A stretch of 64,000 nt of DNA from Hemiscyllium ocellatum. Lineage: Eukaryota. The notes under the pieces are model-generated. The model was not told the origin of the DNA, did no database searches, and was given only the letters and a program-made list of their open reading frames with translations. Of the stretch, positions 14,201 through 25,069 are shown one piece after another. Within the stretch, counting starts at the first letter, position 1. Each line of letters begins with the position of its first letter. The stretch lies in NCBI RefSeq assembly GCF_020745735.1, contig NC_083425.1:33095575-33159574 (forward strand), given 5' to 3'. Both the position numbers and the translations under genes were made by a program.

Positions 14201-17200
14201 AAACCCTCAATTCCTTTAATCATCCAGCATTCTCTATACCTACCAGCCTTCCCTTTCACCCTGACAGGAATATACCTTCTCTGATTCTTGTAAATGGTAA
14301 GGTCCTGGGGAGTGTTGCTGAACAAAGAGAACTTGGAGTGCAGGTTCATAGCTCCTTGAAAGTGGAGTCGCAGGTAGATAGGATAGTGAAGAAGGTGTTT
14401 GGTATGCTTTCCTTTATTGGTTAGAGTATTGAGTACAGGAGTTGGGAAGTCATGTTGCGGCTGTACAAGACATTGGTTAGGCCACTGTTGGAATATTGCG
14501 TGCAATTCTGGTCTCCTTCCTATCGGAAAGATGTTGTGAAACTTGAAAGAGTTCAGAAAAGATTTACAAAGATGTTGCCAGGGTCGGAGGATCTGAGCTA
14601 CAGGGAGAGGCTGAAAAGGCTGGGGCTGTTTTCCCTGGAGCGTCGGAGGCTGAGGGGTGACCTTATGGAGGTTTAAAAAATTATGAGGTGCATGGATAGG
14701 ATAAATAGACAAAATCTTTTCGTGGAGTCGGAGAGTCCAGAACTAGAGGGCATAGGTTTAGGGTGAAAGGGGAAAGATATAAAAGAGACCTAAGGGGCAA
14801 CTTTTTCACGCAGAGGGGAGTACATGTATGGAATGAGCTGCCAGAGGATGTGGTGGAGGCTGGTACAATAGCAACATTTAAGAGGCATTTGGATGTGTAA
14901 ATGAATAGGAAGGGTTTGGAGGGATATGGGCCAGGTGCTGGCAGGTGGGACTAGATTGGGTTGGGATATCTGGTCGACATGGACGAGTTGGACCGAAGGG
15001 TCTGTTTCCATGCTGTACATCTCTATGACTTTATGACATCACGAGCAGTGATTTAACTTATAATTTATCTATGTCATATAATGGATTTAGAAAGACAGCC
15101 AGTACTTGACGCCATTCAAAGAGGGTTTAGGTTCAACCACACCTGGAATACCATGTGCAATTAGTTCTCCAAATCTATTGTAGGATATGCTTACATTGCT
15201 AGCATTATCATGAAGACTTATTAGATTGGTACCTAGGATGAGATGGCTGCCAAGAGTGAGAAGCTTAGTAAATTGGGTCCACATTCTTGAAGTGTAGAAG
15301 AATGAGAGGTGATCTCATTAATAAAAGCATGATTGAGAAGGAGCTTGACAGGATTGTTTCTGATAGCTGGGGCGTCTAGAACAGGGAGTTACAGTTATAG
15401 GGGATTAGGAGTGAGATGAAGGATAAATGTCTTCATCCAAAGTGTTGCAAACATTAGGAGCTCTTAGCCCCGAGTATTCTGAATGTTCCATAGTAGATTA
15501 CAGTTTACCAGACTGATTCTCGGGATGGCAGGACAGACATATGAGGAAAGACTAGATCGACTGGGCTTGTAATTGCTGCAATTTAGCAGAATGAGGGGGG
15601 AATCTCATCAGAACATATAAAATCCTGAAGGGACTGGACATGCTAGGTGTGGGAAGACAGTTCTCCATTACAGGGAAGTCCAGAACTAGGGGTCACAGTC
15701 TAAAAATAAGGGATAAGCCATTCAGGACTGAGATCAGGAAGAATTTCTTCACTCAGGGAGTTGTGGGCCTGCAGAATCCATTCCCACATGAAGCTGTTGG
15801 GCCAATACATTAGATATATTCAAGAGAGAGCTGGACTTGGCTCTTGCAGCTAAAAGGATCAAGGAACATGGAAAGAAATTGGGAAGAGGATACTGACATT
15901 GCATGATCAACTATGGTCATATTGAATGGTCAAGCAGGCTTGAAGGGCTGAATGGCCTACTCCTGCACCAATTTTCTATGTTTTATGTTCCTGTATTCAA
16001 GACTGGGAGGGTTGGATTTTTGGTCTCTTCATTGGATGTGGGCAGTGGTTTGGAAAATGGAGTTAAGGCTCAAGTTAATTGAATGACAAAGGAGGCTTGA
16101 AAATCAACCTCTTCTGTTCATTTGTAAAGCCTGAAGAGTTTCAGCAGATACTGGAAACATTTATATTACCGTCATACCTGAATAGATGGTCCTCCTGAAT
16201 CGATGAATTGTCAAAATTATTATTCCAGTTGCTAGTGCTCCAACAATAACAAACACAGCTGTGAGAATTTTAGATTTTCTCCTTTCACTTTGCTGATTTG
16301 TAGTAGGTATGTCTATAATTGGAACTGAAAATTTAGGGGAAAATTGTAATTCAATTCTAAATTCCAGCTTCAGTCCTTAAACATATGATAATCATACTTT
16401 TTATCAACAGGTTTCAAGAGTGAACAGTGTTGAGGATAGGAATTGCAGCAGTCTTATATTCAGATAAGTGTTCATGTGTAGTACACATGATCCTGTAGCA
16501 TTGCCTATGTTTTCAGGAAAGGGAGGGACAAAATCAATGCTTTAGAACATACATTTACTCATAATTGTTTTAAGTAAATGCTATTAACTTACTTGGAAAT
16601 TGGTTCCGCACCTCAATATCATTTTTTTCCAAATTGAACACAGCACACGTATAATTGCCTTCCAAGGCATTTTCCATGGCTTCGATGTGAAGTGTACTGG
16701 TAACACTGAACAGCCCTTCTGGAGTCAGAACACTATGAGTTTTAGCTCTGGCTGTGAGATTCCTTTTCTCATAAACAAACCAGTGAATCTGAGCGAGTGG
16801 ATATCCAGTTGTTTCACAAATAAGGTCGGCACTTCTTATTCTTCTTGTGATATTTTGGAGTAAGGCCATTTTTGGCAAACTATATGGAGCTAAGTAAAAA
16901 CACAATTGTTAATATAACGACCGGGAGGCGTAGCATAATGAGCAATTTTTGCTCCTCTTTCCCCTTTAAGCAAGAAAAACCCAATTGTACTTGGTAAAAA
17001 CGATCACTTCTAGGGGTAATACAGAACCATAGAATCCTTACACTGTGAAAGCAGACCATTTGGCCTATCAAGTCCACACAACCCATCCAACCTATCCTGA
17101 TACCCTGTCCCTGTAACCCCGCATTTTCCATGGCCAATCTACCTAACCTGCACATCTTTGGAATGTGGGAGGAAACTAGAGAATCCGGAGGAAATCCACG

Positions 17201-20200
17201 GAGATACAGGAAAAGTGTGTAAACTCCACACAATTGCCAGAGGCTGGAAACAAATCCAGGTTCCTTGCACTGTGAGGAAATAGTGCTAACCACTATGCCA
17301 CCTAAGACAAAGATCTTGAGAGATTTAGGTTATCTTAGGTTAAGATATGTAGAATTAAGGAAAATAATTAATGTTGCCAATTTGCTGTTTGAACTCATTT
17401 CTAACTATGTTCATTGAAACCTTTGAGGAAGCTTTAGGTTCTGCTGTCCTTTTCTTTTTATCATTTCCATCTGATTTAGAAGTAGTTGCTCTATATAATT
17501 TGTATATTTTGCCACAGCACATCTGAATCTTATATTGCTGTAAATCATGACAGATTTACACTGATACTTCCACGATTTTTAGTAATCAGAAAATTTACAA
17601 TCAATTAACTGGTAATGCATACATGCACAAAATTTGGAATATTTTTAAAAAGAGACAAATCAATTATTCATTCAAGCCATAATTATTAGAGTAAAAAGCA
17701 TTAATTTCCACATGACTATTTAGCTGTATTACAACATCATTTTACTGAAAGACTGGTTGTCACTCCGCTAACTGAAACAAGATATAGTACTAGCTTGTCT
17801 CAATAGGTGTCAGTTTTGAACTGGAGGCAGTTGCTTCTTTCGACAATGCATCTGGCATTTCAATGCTGCTGTGCAGAAATGTTCAGGATCAAAAGTGTTG
17901 CCTTGGAGATGGAAGACATTATAGCAAACCAGGAGACAGATATGAGGCCATGACAAAGGAGAAGGTGCTGGGGAAACTAAAAGATCTGAAGGTGGATAAA
18001 TCACTCAGACCAGATGAACTACACCCCAGAGTACTGATGGAGATACAAGGAGAGATTGTGGAGGTATTGGTAGAGATTTTTCAGGAATCACTGGAGTCAA
18101 AGAGTGTCCCTGAGGACTGGAAAATGGTAACACCCCTGTTTAGGAAGGGAAGGAGACTGAAGACGGAAAATCAAATGTCAGATTGTCTGAGCACCATTGC
18201 TAGAAAGAGTTCATTATGAAGGATGAGATTACAGAGTAATCTTGGAAATGCACAGTAAAATAAGGCTGAGTCAGAACATCAAGAGAGATTATGCCTGACA
18301 AAATTGTTAGAATTTCTTTTAAGAATTTGAAATGTGAAAACAGGCCATTCAGCCAACAAGTCCACACCAACTCAATCCACTGAACCTGCATGTCCTTGGA
18401 CTGTGGGAAAAAGCCAGAGCACCTGACAGAAACCTATGCAGACATATGCAAACTCCACACACTCACCTGACACTGGAATTGAACCTAGGTCCCTGGTGCT
18501 TTGAGGTAGCAGTGCTAACCATTGAGCCACTGGGCTGCCCATTAATGGCTTTTCTATTGCGACGAGGCCTTGTGTTTCACTGGGGTACACTGGAATTGAG
18601 GAAATGTGGCGAGAGTGTGATGGGACTAGGGAAGGATTTGCACACAGATCAGTGTGAATTCTTTAATTAGATCATGAGAAAGTTAGACAAAGGAAAGCAG
18701 TGGATGTGATCAATTCAGATTTCCAGAAGACTTTTGACAAGGTGTCACACAGGAGGCTGCTAAATAAGGTAAGAGGTGTTAGAGGCAAGGTGCTGGCATG
18801 GATAGAGGATTAGCTGTCTGGCGAAAGGCAGACAGTGGGGATAAGGGGGTCTTTAAAATAACAGTTACTGACTAATGGAGTTCTGCAGAGGTCCATGTTG
18901 GTATCATAATTATTCATGTTACTCTTTAACAATCTGGATGAAAGAATTGAGCATCTTGTTGCTAAGTTTGCAGGTGACACAGTGAGAGGTGGAGGGACAA
19001 GCAGTGTGGAGGAAGCGGGGAGGAATTGTACAGGCTAAAACGGTGGACAAAGAAGTGGCAGATGGAATACACTGTGGGCAAGTGTGAGATTATGATAGGA
19101 AGAATAGAGGTATACACTATTTTCTAAATGTGGAAAGGCTTTGGAATTCTGAAGCACAAAGAGACTTCGGAGTCCCAGTTCAAGATTCTCTTAATGTTAA
19201 CAAGTTAACATTAACTTGCAAATTCAGTTGGCAGTTAGGAGCAGCGTTAGCATTCATTTAAAGATGGGTAGAACACAAGAACAGAAATACACTGCTAAGG
19301 CAGTATAAGGCTCTGGTCAAACTTATGGCAATGCTGTCATTTTAAAAAGGTTATTTTGTCCTTGGTTTTCTAAAGAGAGGTTGTAAAGGCAGAGGTGCCA
19401 AAGAGTCTAAGGGGCAACAGTTTAACTATGGAAGGGGAGTGGCCAGTTCTCCCAGTTCAGGCTTTCTAGTTTTGTTTAGCTGTATCAGTCACAGGATGTG
19501 TGAGTCCAGAAGAATTGCAAGCTTCAGAAAAGGATTCCTCTGATTTTATCTGAAATCTCTCTCTGGATGTTGTTCCCTCCTGCCTGTAAGAATCCCTTTT
19601 GCAAAGGGATATTACTATATTGGAACAGTTAATTGGTAATATTTACTGTATAGGATTGGTTAAGTTTTCCACCAGTTAAGTTATTCTAAATTCTGCTTTC
19701 TTTTGTTCGTGTTTTACCTGTAGTGTTTAAATAAATTGTTTTGCTTAAAGCTGAGTGGTTTGGCTAGTTGCTAGTTTCCTCCGGGTGCTCCGGTTTCCTC
19801 CCACAGTCCAAAGATGTGCAGGTCAGGTGAATTGGCCATGCTAAATTGCCCGTAGTGTTAGGTAAAGGGGTAAATGTAGGGGTATGGGTGGGCTGCGCTT
19901 CGGCAGGTCGGTGTGGACTTGTTGGGCCGAATGGCCTGTTTCCACACTGTAAGTAATCTAATCTAATCTAATCACACGTGGAACACTCACTTCACATTTG
20001 CCTTTAAAATTTTTTAAAAATTAGGGTCTAGGTTACCTTCTTAAAACATTTTGGGGGTTCTGGTCTGGACCATAATAAACTGCATTTGAAATGTTCTCAG
20101 CGGTGTTGGACCTTGTATGTAAGGAAGGATGTGCTGGCATTGGGAGGAGCCCAGAGGAGGTGAACAAGAATGATTCTGGGGATGAAGAGCTTGTCATATG

Positions 20201-21590
20201 AGGAGCAGGTGAGGACTCTGTGGATGTTCTGTGTTGTGTTTATTCAACTGGGGGAAGTCTCAGTGACACCTACCAACTACTGAAGAGGATTGCTTAGAGT
20301 GGATGTGGACAAGATGTTTCGACTTGAATGAGAGATTAGGACCTGAGGGCACAGCCTCAGAGTGAAGGGATGAACTGAGACAGGGAGAAACATCTTTCGC
20401 CAGAGAGTGGTGAATCTGTGAACGTCTGCTGCAGAAGGCTGAGGAGGCAAGTCACTAAATGTGTTTAAGATAAAGATAGATAGATTTTTAGTTAGTAACA
20501 GGATCAAAGATTATGGGGAGAAGGCAGGAGAGTGGGGTTGAGGAACATATCAGCCATGCTGGATTTAATGGAGCAGATTTGATGGGCCAAATGGCCTAAT
20601 TCTGCTTCTACACCTTATAATCATATGGAATATTAGATTGAAACCAGGAACTACTTTCGCATGTGGATAAGAAATATTTTGGCCACTTTTCAGAAATCAA
20701 TAGAAGTTTCCACATTAGGATTTGTTGTTCAACTGACGCCAGCAAAAAGAGAATTAATCCAGACATTTGTCTTTCATCAAACTACTCTAACTGTGAGTTG
20801 GTTATTGAGATTCATTACATAAAAACATTGTCTGCACCTCTACTCATTATTACCATGTCCTATTAGGATAATCAAGTTATCAATACATCCTCCTGTACCT
20901 TCTCATGTAGAAATACATTGTGAGATATTGCTGGGGATAGAAACAATGCTACAGAAAAGCATGGCCTTTCTTTCCTGTCTTAACTTGATTCTCACTATAA
21001 CTTGCTGTTTGTCCATCTCACACGTTAACTTTTAAGCGTGAGAATAAAACTAGAATTTGTTATTAATTACTTGCAACAAATATTCTACAACGAATGCAGT
21101 CACCTACCTTTGACATTCAATTTAATCTCATGAAATCTGTGACCAATAGCTGTCTCCAAAAAATATTGATATGTCCCATTATCTGACACCTGTGTGTTCT
21201 GGATCACCAGTGAGATGTCTTGAGATCTTGGGTGAAGTAATTTAATCCGACCCTGAACTTCACTGACACCTTTTGTGAAGGTAAACACAATTTTTTCTTT
21301 TCCATCTTTTTCCTTTTTCCAAAGTTCAATGTGTACTGAATTGATAATTGAATCTGAACTCAATGTGCATGGTAATTTGGTATCTTCATTAAATATTCCA
21401 GTCACAGAAGACTGACAATTTAATATCACAAAATCTGAAAAAAGAATAATTTTCATTTACTCATCATACGTCAGTGAGAATCAATGTTCAATGGAGTTAC
21501 ATATTGAGAAGCATCTTGGTACTTACTAAATGCAGATGGTATGTTGCATAAGATGACAGGAAGGAGTCTTATTGTAGAGTATGAAACCAT
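11215..21590 (-). CDS. Gene A: B7-family, PD-L1/PD-L2 (CD274)-like type I membrane protein, 291 aa, 6 coding exons (21590-21527, 21434-21108, 16889-16593, 16324-16178, 11338-11310, 11226-11215)
   Basis: Exons join with GT-AG sites and matching phases (1,1,1,1,0): 64+327+297+147+29+12=876 nt. Leader-IgV-IgC-TM-short tail. The IgC motifs APY, C-x3-GYPLA-x3-W, TPEGLF-x-VTS-x-L and NYTC resemble PD-L2/PD-L1 from memory. Orthology is not established. Confidence 0.85.
11310..11338 (-). CDS. Gene A cytoplasmic exon 1 (AVRRESEMLM)
   Basis: Acceptor ttttgtttcag|CAG (NAGNAG), donor ATG|GTAGGT, 29 nt, phase 1-0. Confidence 0.7.
11585..11965 (+). mobile_element. Ancient degenerate SINE (family unresolved); related fragment about 9895-10050 (-)
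   Basis: Resembles a common shark SINE body ending in ...aataaa...gccag, recalled from memory; not verified. Confidence 0.4.
12280..12860. mobile_element. Old Penelope-like remnant with inverted ends
   Basis: Inverted tail fragments (cagaaagtattggagaaactcagtgggtctggcagcatctctggaga vs ctctctccacaaattgtgtcagatcttctggttttctctgaac). Confidence 0.5.
12954..15035. mobile_element. CR1 LINE with 5' inversion (12954-14290 minus, about 14292-15035 plus) in gene A intron
   Basis: RT ORFs 13409-13957 and 12927-13406 (-) (GKSYLTNLIEFFE, MDFRKAFNKVSH, QGLVLGPLLF, FADD). The plus part resumes at aatggtaagg, where the inverted part ends. Confidence 0.92.
15280..15990 (+). mobile_element. Degenerate CR1 3' portion
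   Basis: CR1-type 3' ORF2/UTR wording (aggggtcacagtctaaaaataaggg...gaatggcctactcctgc). Confidence 0.7.
16178..16324 (-). CDS. Gene A stalk/transmembrane exon
   Basis: Acceptor ttttcag|TT, donor TCAG|GTATGA, 147 nt, phase 1-1. IPIIDIPTTNQQSERRKSK-ILTAVFVIVGALATGIIILTI-HRFRRTIYS. Not in the ORF track; translated by hand. Confidence 0.9.
16593..16889 (-). CDS. Gene A IgC exon (B7-type C domain)
   Basis: Acceptor tttttacttag|CT, donor CCAA|GTAAGT, 297 nt, phase 1-1. APYSLPK...LICETTGYPLAQIHW...TPEGLFSVTSTLHI...NYTCAVFN. Confidence 0.95.
17021..17302 (-). mobile_element. HE1-type V-SINE
   Basis: tRNA-like head with A/B boxes, V-SINE core, CR1-like tail. Confidence 0.85.
17870..20620 (+). mobile_element. 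Degenerate CR1 LINE interrupted by a V-SINE (18332-18540, -) and an LTR (19322-20077)
   Basis: ORF 17863-18219 LKVDKSLRPDELHPRVL; later ttttgacaaggtgtcacac (FDKVSH motif) and a CR1 3' end. Confidence 0.85.
19322..20077 (+). mobile_element. Solo LTR containing a 5'-truncated HE1 V-SINE (19774-19974, +)
   Basis: Inverted termini ttatgg...ccataa, aataaa at about 19729, and it interrupts the CR1 between colinear sequences. Confidence 0.6.
21108..21434 (-). CDS. Gene A IgV exon (non-canonical, F-strand Cys replaced by Tyr)
   Basis: Acceptor ttttttcag|AT, donor AAAG|GTAGGT, 327 nt, phase 1-1. V-set features LPC, LW, RIKLL, ISLVI, DNGTY-Q-Y. Confidence 0.92.
21527..21590 (-). CDS. Gene A leader exon (MVSYSTIRLLPVILCNIPSAF)
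   Basis: ATG at 21590, hydrophobic core, phase-1 donor A|GTAAGT at 21527/21526. Upstream acceptor ttgtccttag|G at 21616/21615 leaves a 25-nt UTR. The intron to the V exon is 92 nt. Confidence 0.85.
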
Positions 21591-21765
21591 TTCCCCAGAT
21601 TGAGTTCCAGTTAACCTAAGGACAATCCAGACAAATCAGTAACAATATAAATCTATCCTTTGTGTAAAGAGTTAGTTTTGACTGGAATTCAAAATTGTTA
21701 AAATTAAAAATCACATCAGATATGTTTGTATTGCTTAAACACTTGGTCTTAATGTCAATGTTGAA

Positions 21766-23060
21766 GTTAAAAATCGCACAACACCAGGTTATAGTCCACC
21801 AGGTTTATTTGGAAGTACAAGCTTATGGAGCACTGCTCCTTTGTCAGGTAGCTAGTGGGCAGGATTATAGGACACAGAATTTATAGCAAAAGATACACCG
21901 ATGTGATATATTGAACAAACTTAGATTGCTGTTAAGTCTTTCATCTTTTAGAATGGGTTGCAGGTTTGAATTCATTAATATGTAAATCCCAAAACTTCTT
22001 TCAAGTCACATTCCTAGCAAGGGAACACATCAGCAGTTAGGGACATTCAATCTTTGATCTTCGGGTGACCATCCTCCTAGGTGGACTTTGGGATATGCAA
22101 CAGCGCAGAATCGCCGAGCAGAGTCTGATAGCCAAGTTCAGTACCCATGAGATGGCATGGTTTTACGTCACACTACAGGTGATCCCACTACACTATACAT
22201 CCCACTACACTATACATTCTCTCACACACATACACACACACTCTTACATGCTCACACTCACGCAGACTATCGCATACACATGCTTTCTCTCAAACACACA
22301 CACATGCACACACCATCTCACAGGCAGATACATCCTCCTGTACCTTCTAATTTACACACTCTTTTAAGCATGTACACACACATCCTCATACACACACGTA
22401 CGTTCACACTCTCTCATACACACACTTTCTCACTCCTCGAGTAAAAAATGAGGTCTGCAGATGCTGGAGATCACAGCTGCAAATGTGTAACACATTTGCA
22501 GCTTTCTCACTCCTCCACATGCATACACATACATATATAGGTCTATGGGGTGAATTTGCATTTGCAAAATTGTATTTGCAGAGATATTCTATTTTGTTCA
22601 AAAAGCACACAATCTGCAGGCAGTCAGTCCATGTGACATTTTATAAATTCCTACTTTGGAAATAGAACCTGTTTGACTCAAGATTGGAATATAGACAGAC
22701 TCTAACAGTACACCTTTGATGCATTGTCTCAGCTGAGATGTCACCTTAAATGATCTCAAAAATGTGACTTGACAGAAGTTCAGGGATTTACATATTAATG
22801 AATTGAAATCTGTAACCCATTCTAAAAGATGAAAGACTTAACAGCAATCTAGGTTTGTTCGTTATATCTCATCGGTGTATGGCACTATGATCTTTTGCTA
22901 TAACTTCTGTGTCCTATAATCCTGTCCACTAGCTACCTGACAAAGGAGCAGTGCTCCATAAGCTTGTACTTCCAAATAAACCTGGTGGACTATAACCTGG
23001 TGTTGTGTGATTTTTTTTTACTTTGTCCACCCCAGTCCAACACCAGCACCTCCACATCGT
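21766..23060. mobile_element. Penelope-like element family C with about 250-bp inverted terminal arms in gene A intron 1
   Basis: Arms 21766-22012 and about 22762-23024. GIY-YIG C-terminal remnant VTILLGGLWDMQQRRIAEQSLIAKFSTHE. CA-rich spacer. Confidence 0.8.
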
Positions 23061-23164
23061 ACATGTTAAAGATGGTTCTAGAAGTCAAACTGTTCTTTGT
23101 CCCAAATGAAAAGGCATCAAACCCAGGCTCAAACTTATCCAAGTCATCATTCAAAATCCGATAC

Positions 23165-24050
23165 CTGGAGAACCGCTGAGATTGTCACAGGGATCTCGGC
23201 CCAAAGGCAGCTCAGCTGAACCCGGGCAGGGCTGGGCCGGGCCGAACCTGGGGATCTGCAGGGGGCGATTGCAGCTCAATCCACTGCCCAGTCTGGGAAA
23301 GATCCCGGCTCCTGGTGTCCAGTGTTAGCGCAAACAAGGAGCAACGGTCACATCACACCATTTTCCTGTTCACTGCTCCGTTCAAAATAAACTCTGTAAG
23401 CAGCCGGTTCTCCCTCCGTTTTCTCTTCCTTGTTTTCTTTGTCACTTTTAGTTTCGATATGAACAATTCCTCTCCAAAGCAAAGTATTCCGGGTGAACAG
23501 AAAATATCGCTGAAGCTCCCGCCAGCAATATTGTTCATCGGGCAATCGATAAACTCTTCGGCCCTTTACTTAATTTTCCACAAAATATCAGGACTGAAAG
23601 ATCCAGTCTTGAACTATCCCAGGAGAAGAAACTGGGAGCAACTGTCCCTGGGAAATACCCGGCTATGTTAACTCTGGGCGATTTGTTCCTGCTGGGGAAG
23701 TTTGTACTGTATTCTGTCCATCCGTGCTTTCCCTATCTCTGGAGATTAGTTCCGAAATGTGCTAAAGCAGCACTCCTATTCTTTTACTCTTCCTCAAACG
23801 AATCCTCTGGGTTGATCTTACGTTTTGGGGATCTTCCCGAAACTCCGTGCTTTTGCTGATTCAAGTCAGCATCAGATCAACCTTTACACCCACAGCACCC
23901 GCCTCGCCTATTCCAGACAAATGAAAGCCGGTTTCTTGAAAATGCCATTCATTAATCTTGTGGTGTATATGGTTTCATTTATAACATTGATTCTAATCTG
24001 TGAATTGATTAATGCTTAGAGAATACAATTTCAGCGTGAAAGTGGAACAT
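23165..24050 (-). promoter_or_regulatory. CpG-enriched promoter / non-coding exon 1 region of gene A
   Basis: Local CpG enrichment. Candidate donor CAG|GTATCG at 23165/23164. TATAAA at 23978-23983 (-), NF-kB-like GGGATCTTCC at 23828-23837, GAS-like TTCCCGAAA at 23834-23842, ISRE-like GAAAGTGGAAC at 24038-24048. The leader exon has an upstream acceptor, so a non-coding exon is expected. Confidence 0.55.
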
Positions 24051-24124
24051 CAGTTTTCATTGGGTTAGATGTCCGAGGATTTAAGAAACCCGAATTTTAT
24101 AAGGTGGTTGGTAAACTGTTCAAA

Positions 24125-24255
24125 ATTTAACTTCTCAGTTCTGATGAAGGGGTCACGGGACTCAAACTATTAACTCGGTTTCTCTCTCCACAGACGTTGC
24201 CAGGCCGGCTGAGTTTCTCCAGCATTCTTTGTTAGTTTCAGATTCCTTAAATCTA
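24125..24255 (+). mobile_element. Old Penelope-like 3' end
   Basis: ctgatgaagggg...actcaaac core followed by ctctctccacagacgttgccaggccggctgagtttctccagcatt. Confidence 0.6.
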
Positions 24256-24336
24256 TGGAATTAGCATGCTTTTATGAAATTATTCAACTTTCTATATTGA
24301 AAAGTAAATCGAACCACAGACTGGTGCCCTCTGCAT

Positions 24337-25069
24337 TGTGTTCCAACCAGACTCTAGGTGAAATTCCCCAATGACCTAGAGTTCCAGAAGGGAATACCCA
24401 AACTGTAAGTTTCCCAATAAGGAGGAATCATCTGTTTCCCCTTCTTTCCTCACACACCACCTTGTTGCACAGAGATTAATTTAAAAAGGATTATTTCCCT
24501 TGTGAATATCTTTCTTTTAGACTTAAATACATTTATGTTTTGAAATGAGCCAATTTAACCAGGCTTTATTGAATTAGCAAGGAGTGAGTTTATTAATTAT
24601 CGAATAGTCTGTGAAGAAATAGTAAGTTAACACATATATACAGCCAAGAAATAAGAGGTTGGTTCAAAAGATAGAAGTTTAAGAATGGGGTCAGTTTCTG
24701 AATTATGCTTAAAGAGTGGGTAGTTAGACATTGCAGCTGTTGCAGTAGAGGTTACCAGTAGTAAAGTAGTTGAAGGATTGGTTTTGTGATCTTTAACTTG
24801 TTGATTGGTTGAGATTGTGTAGTTCTGATTTCTTTTGATCATAATAGAATTTCAGCATTCCGAGTGAGAATAAGTCATTTTGATGTTCTCATTTCCTTTA
24901 TAATTGGATTGCAGCACTTGGAATCAGAAAAGATCTTCACCTGCAGTGCAGGGGTAACCAGTTAATCGTTCTCTGATTGTGACTTTCATAACATGCTAGC
25001 CCTCAAACCCAGACTTATAGATGCTAAACCGTTCAGTTTGACTACCACACTCCAGTTGAGCTGAAACCA
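24337..25069 (-). mobile_element. LTR-like element
   Basis: Composition and layout resemble the other LTR-like sequences in the window; termini not resolved. Confidence 0.4.

Noticed and set aside
16570-16592. Read-through of the IgC exons into introns as secreted isoforms (also 42773-42834)
   Set aside because: Short read-through frames are generic, and I found no nearby minus-strand polyA signal.
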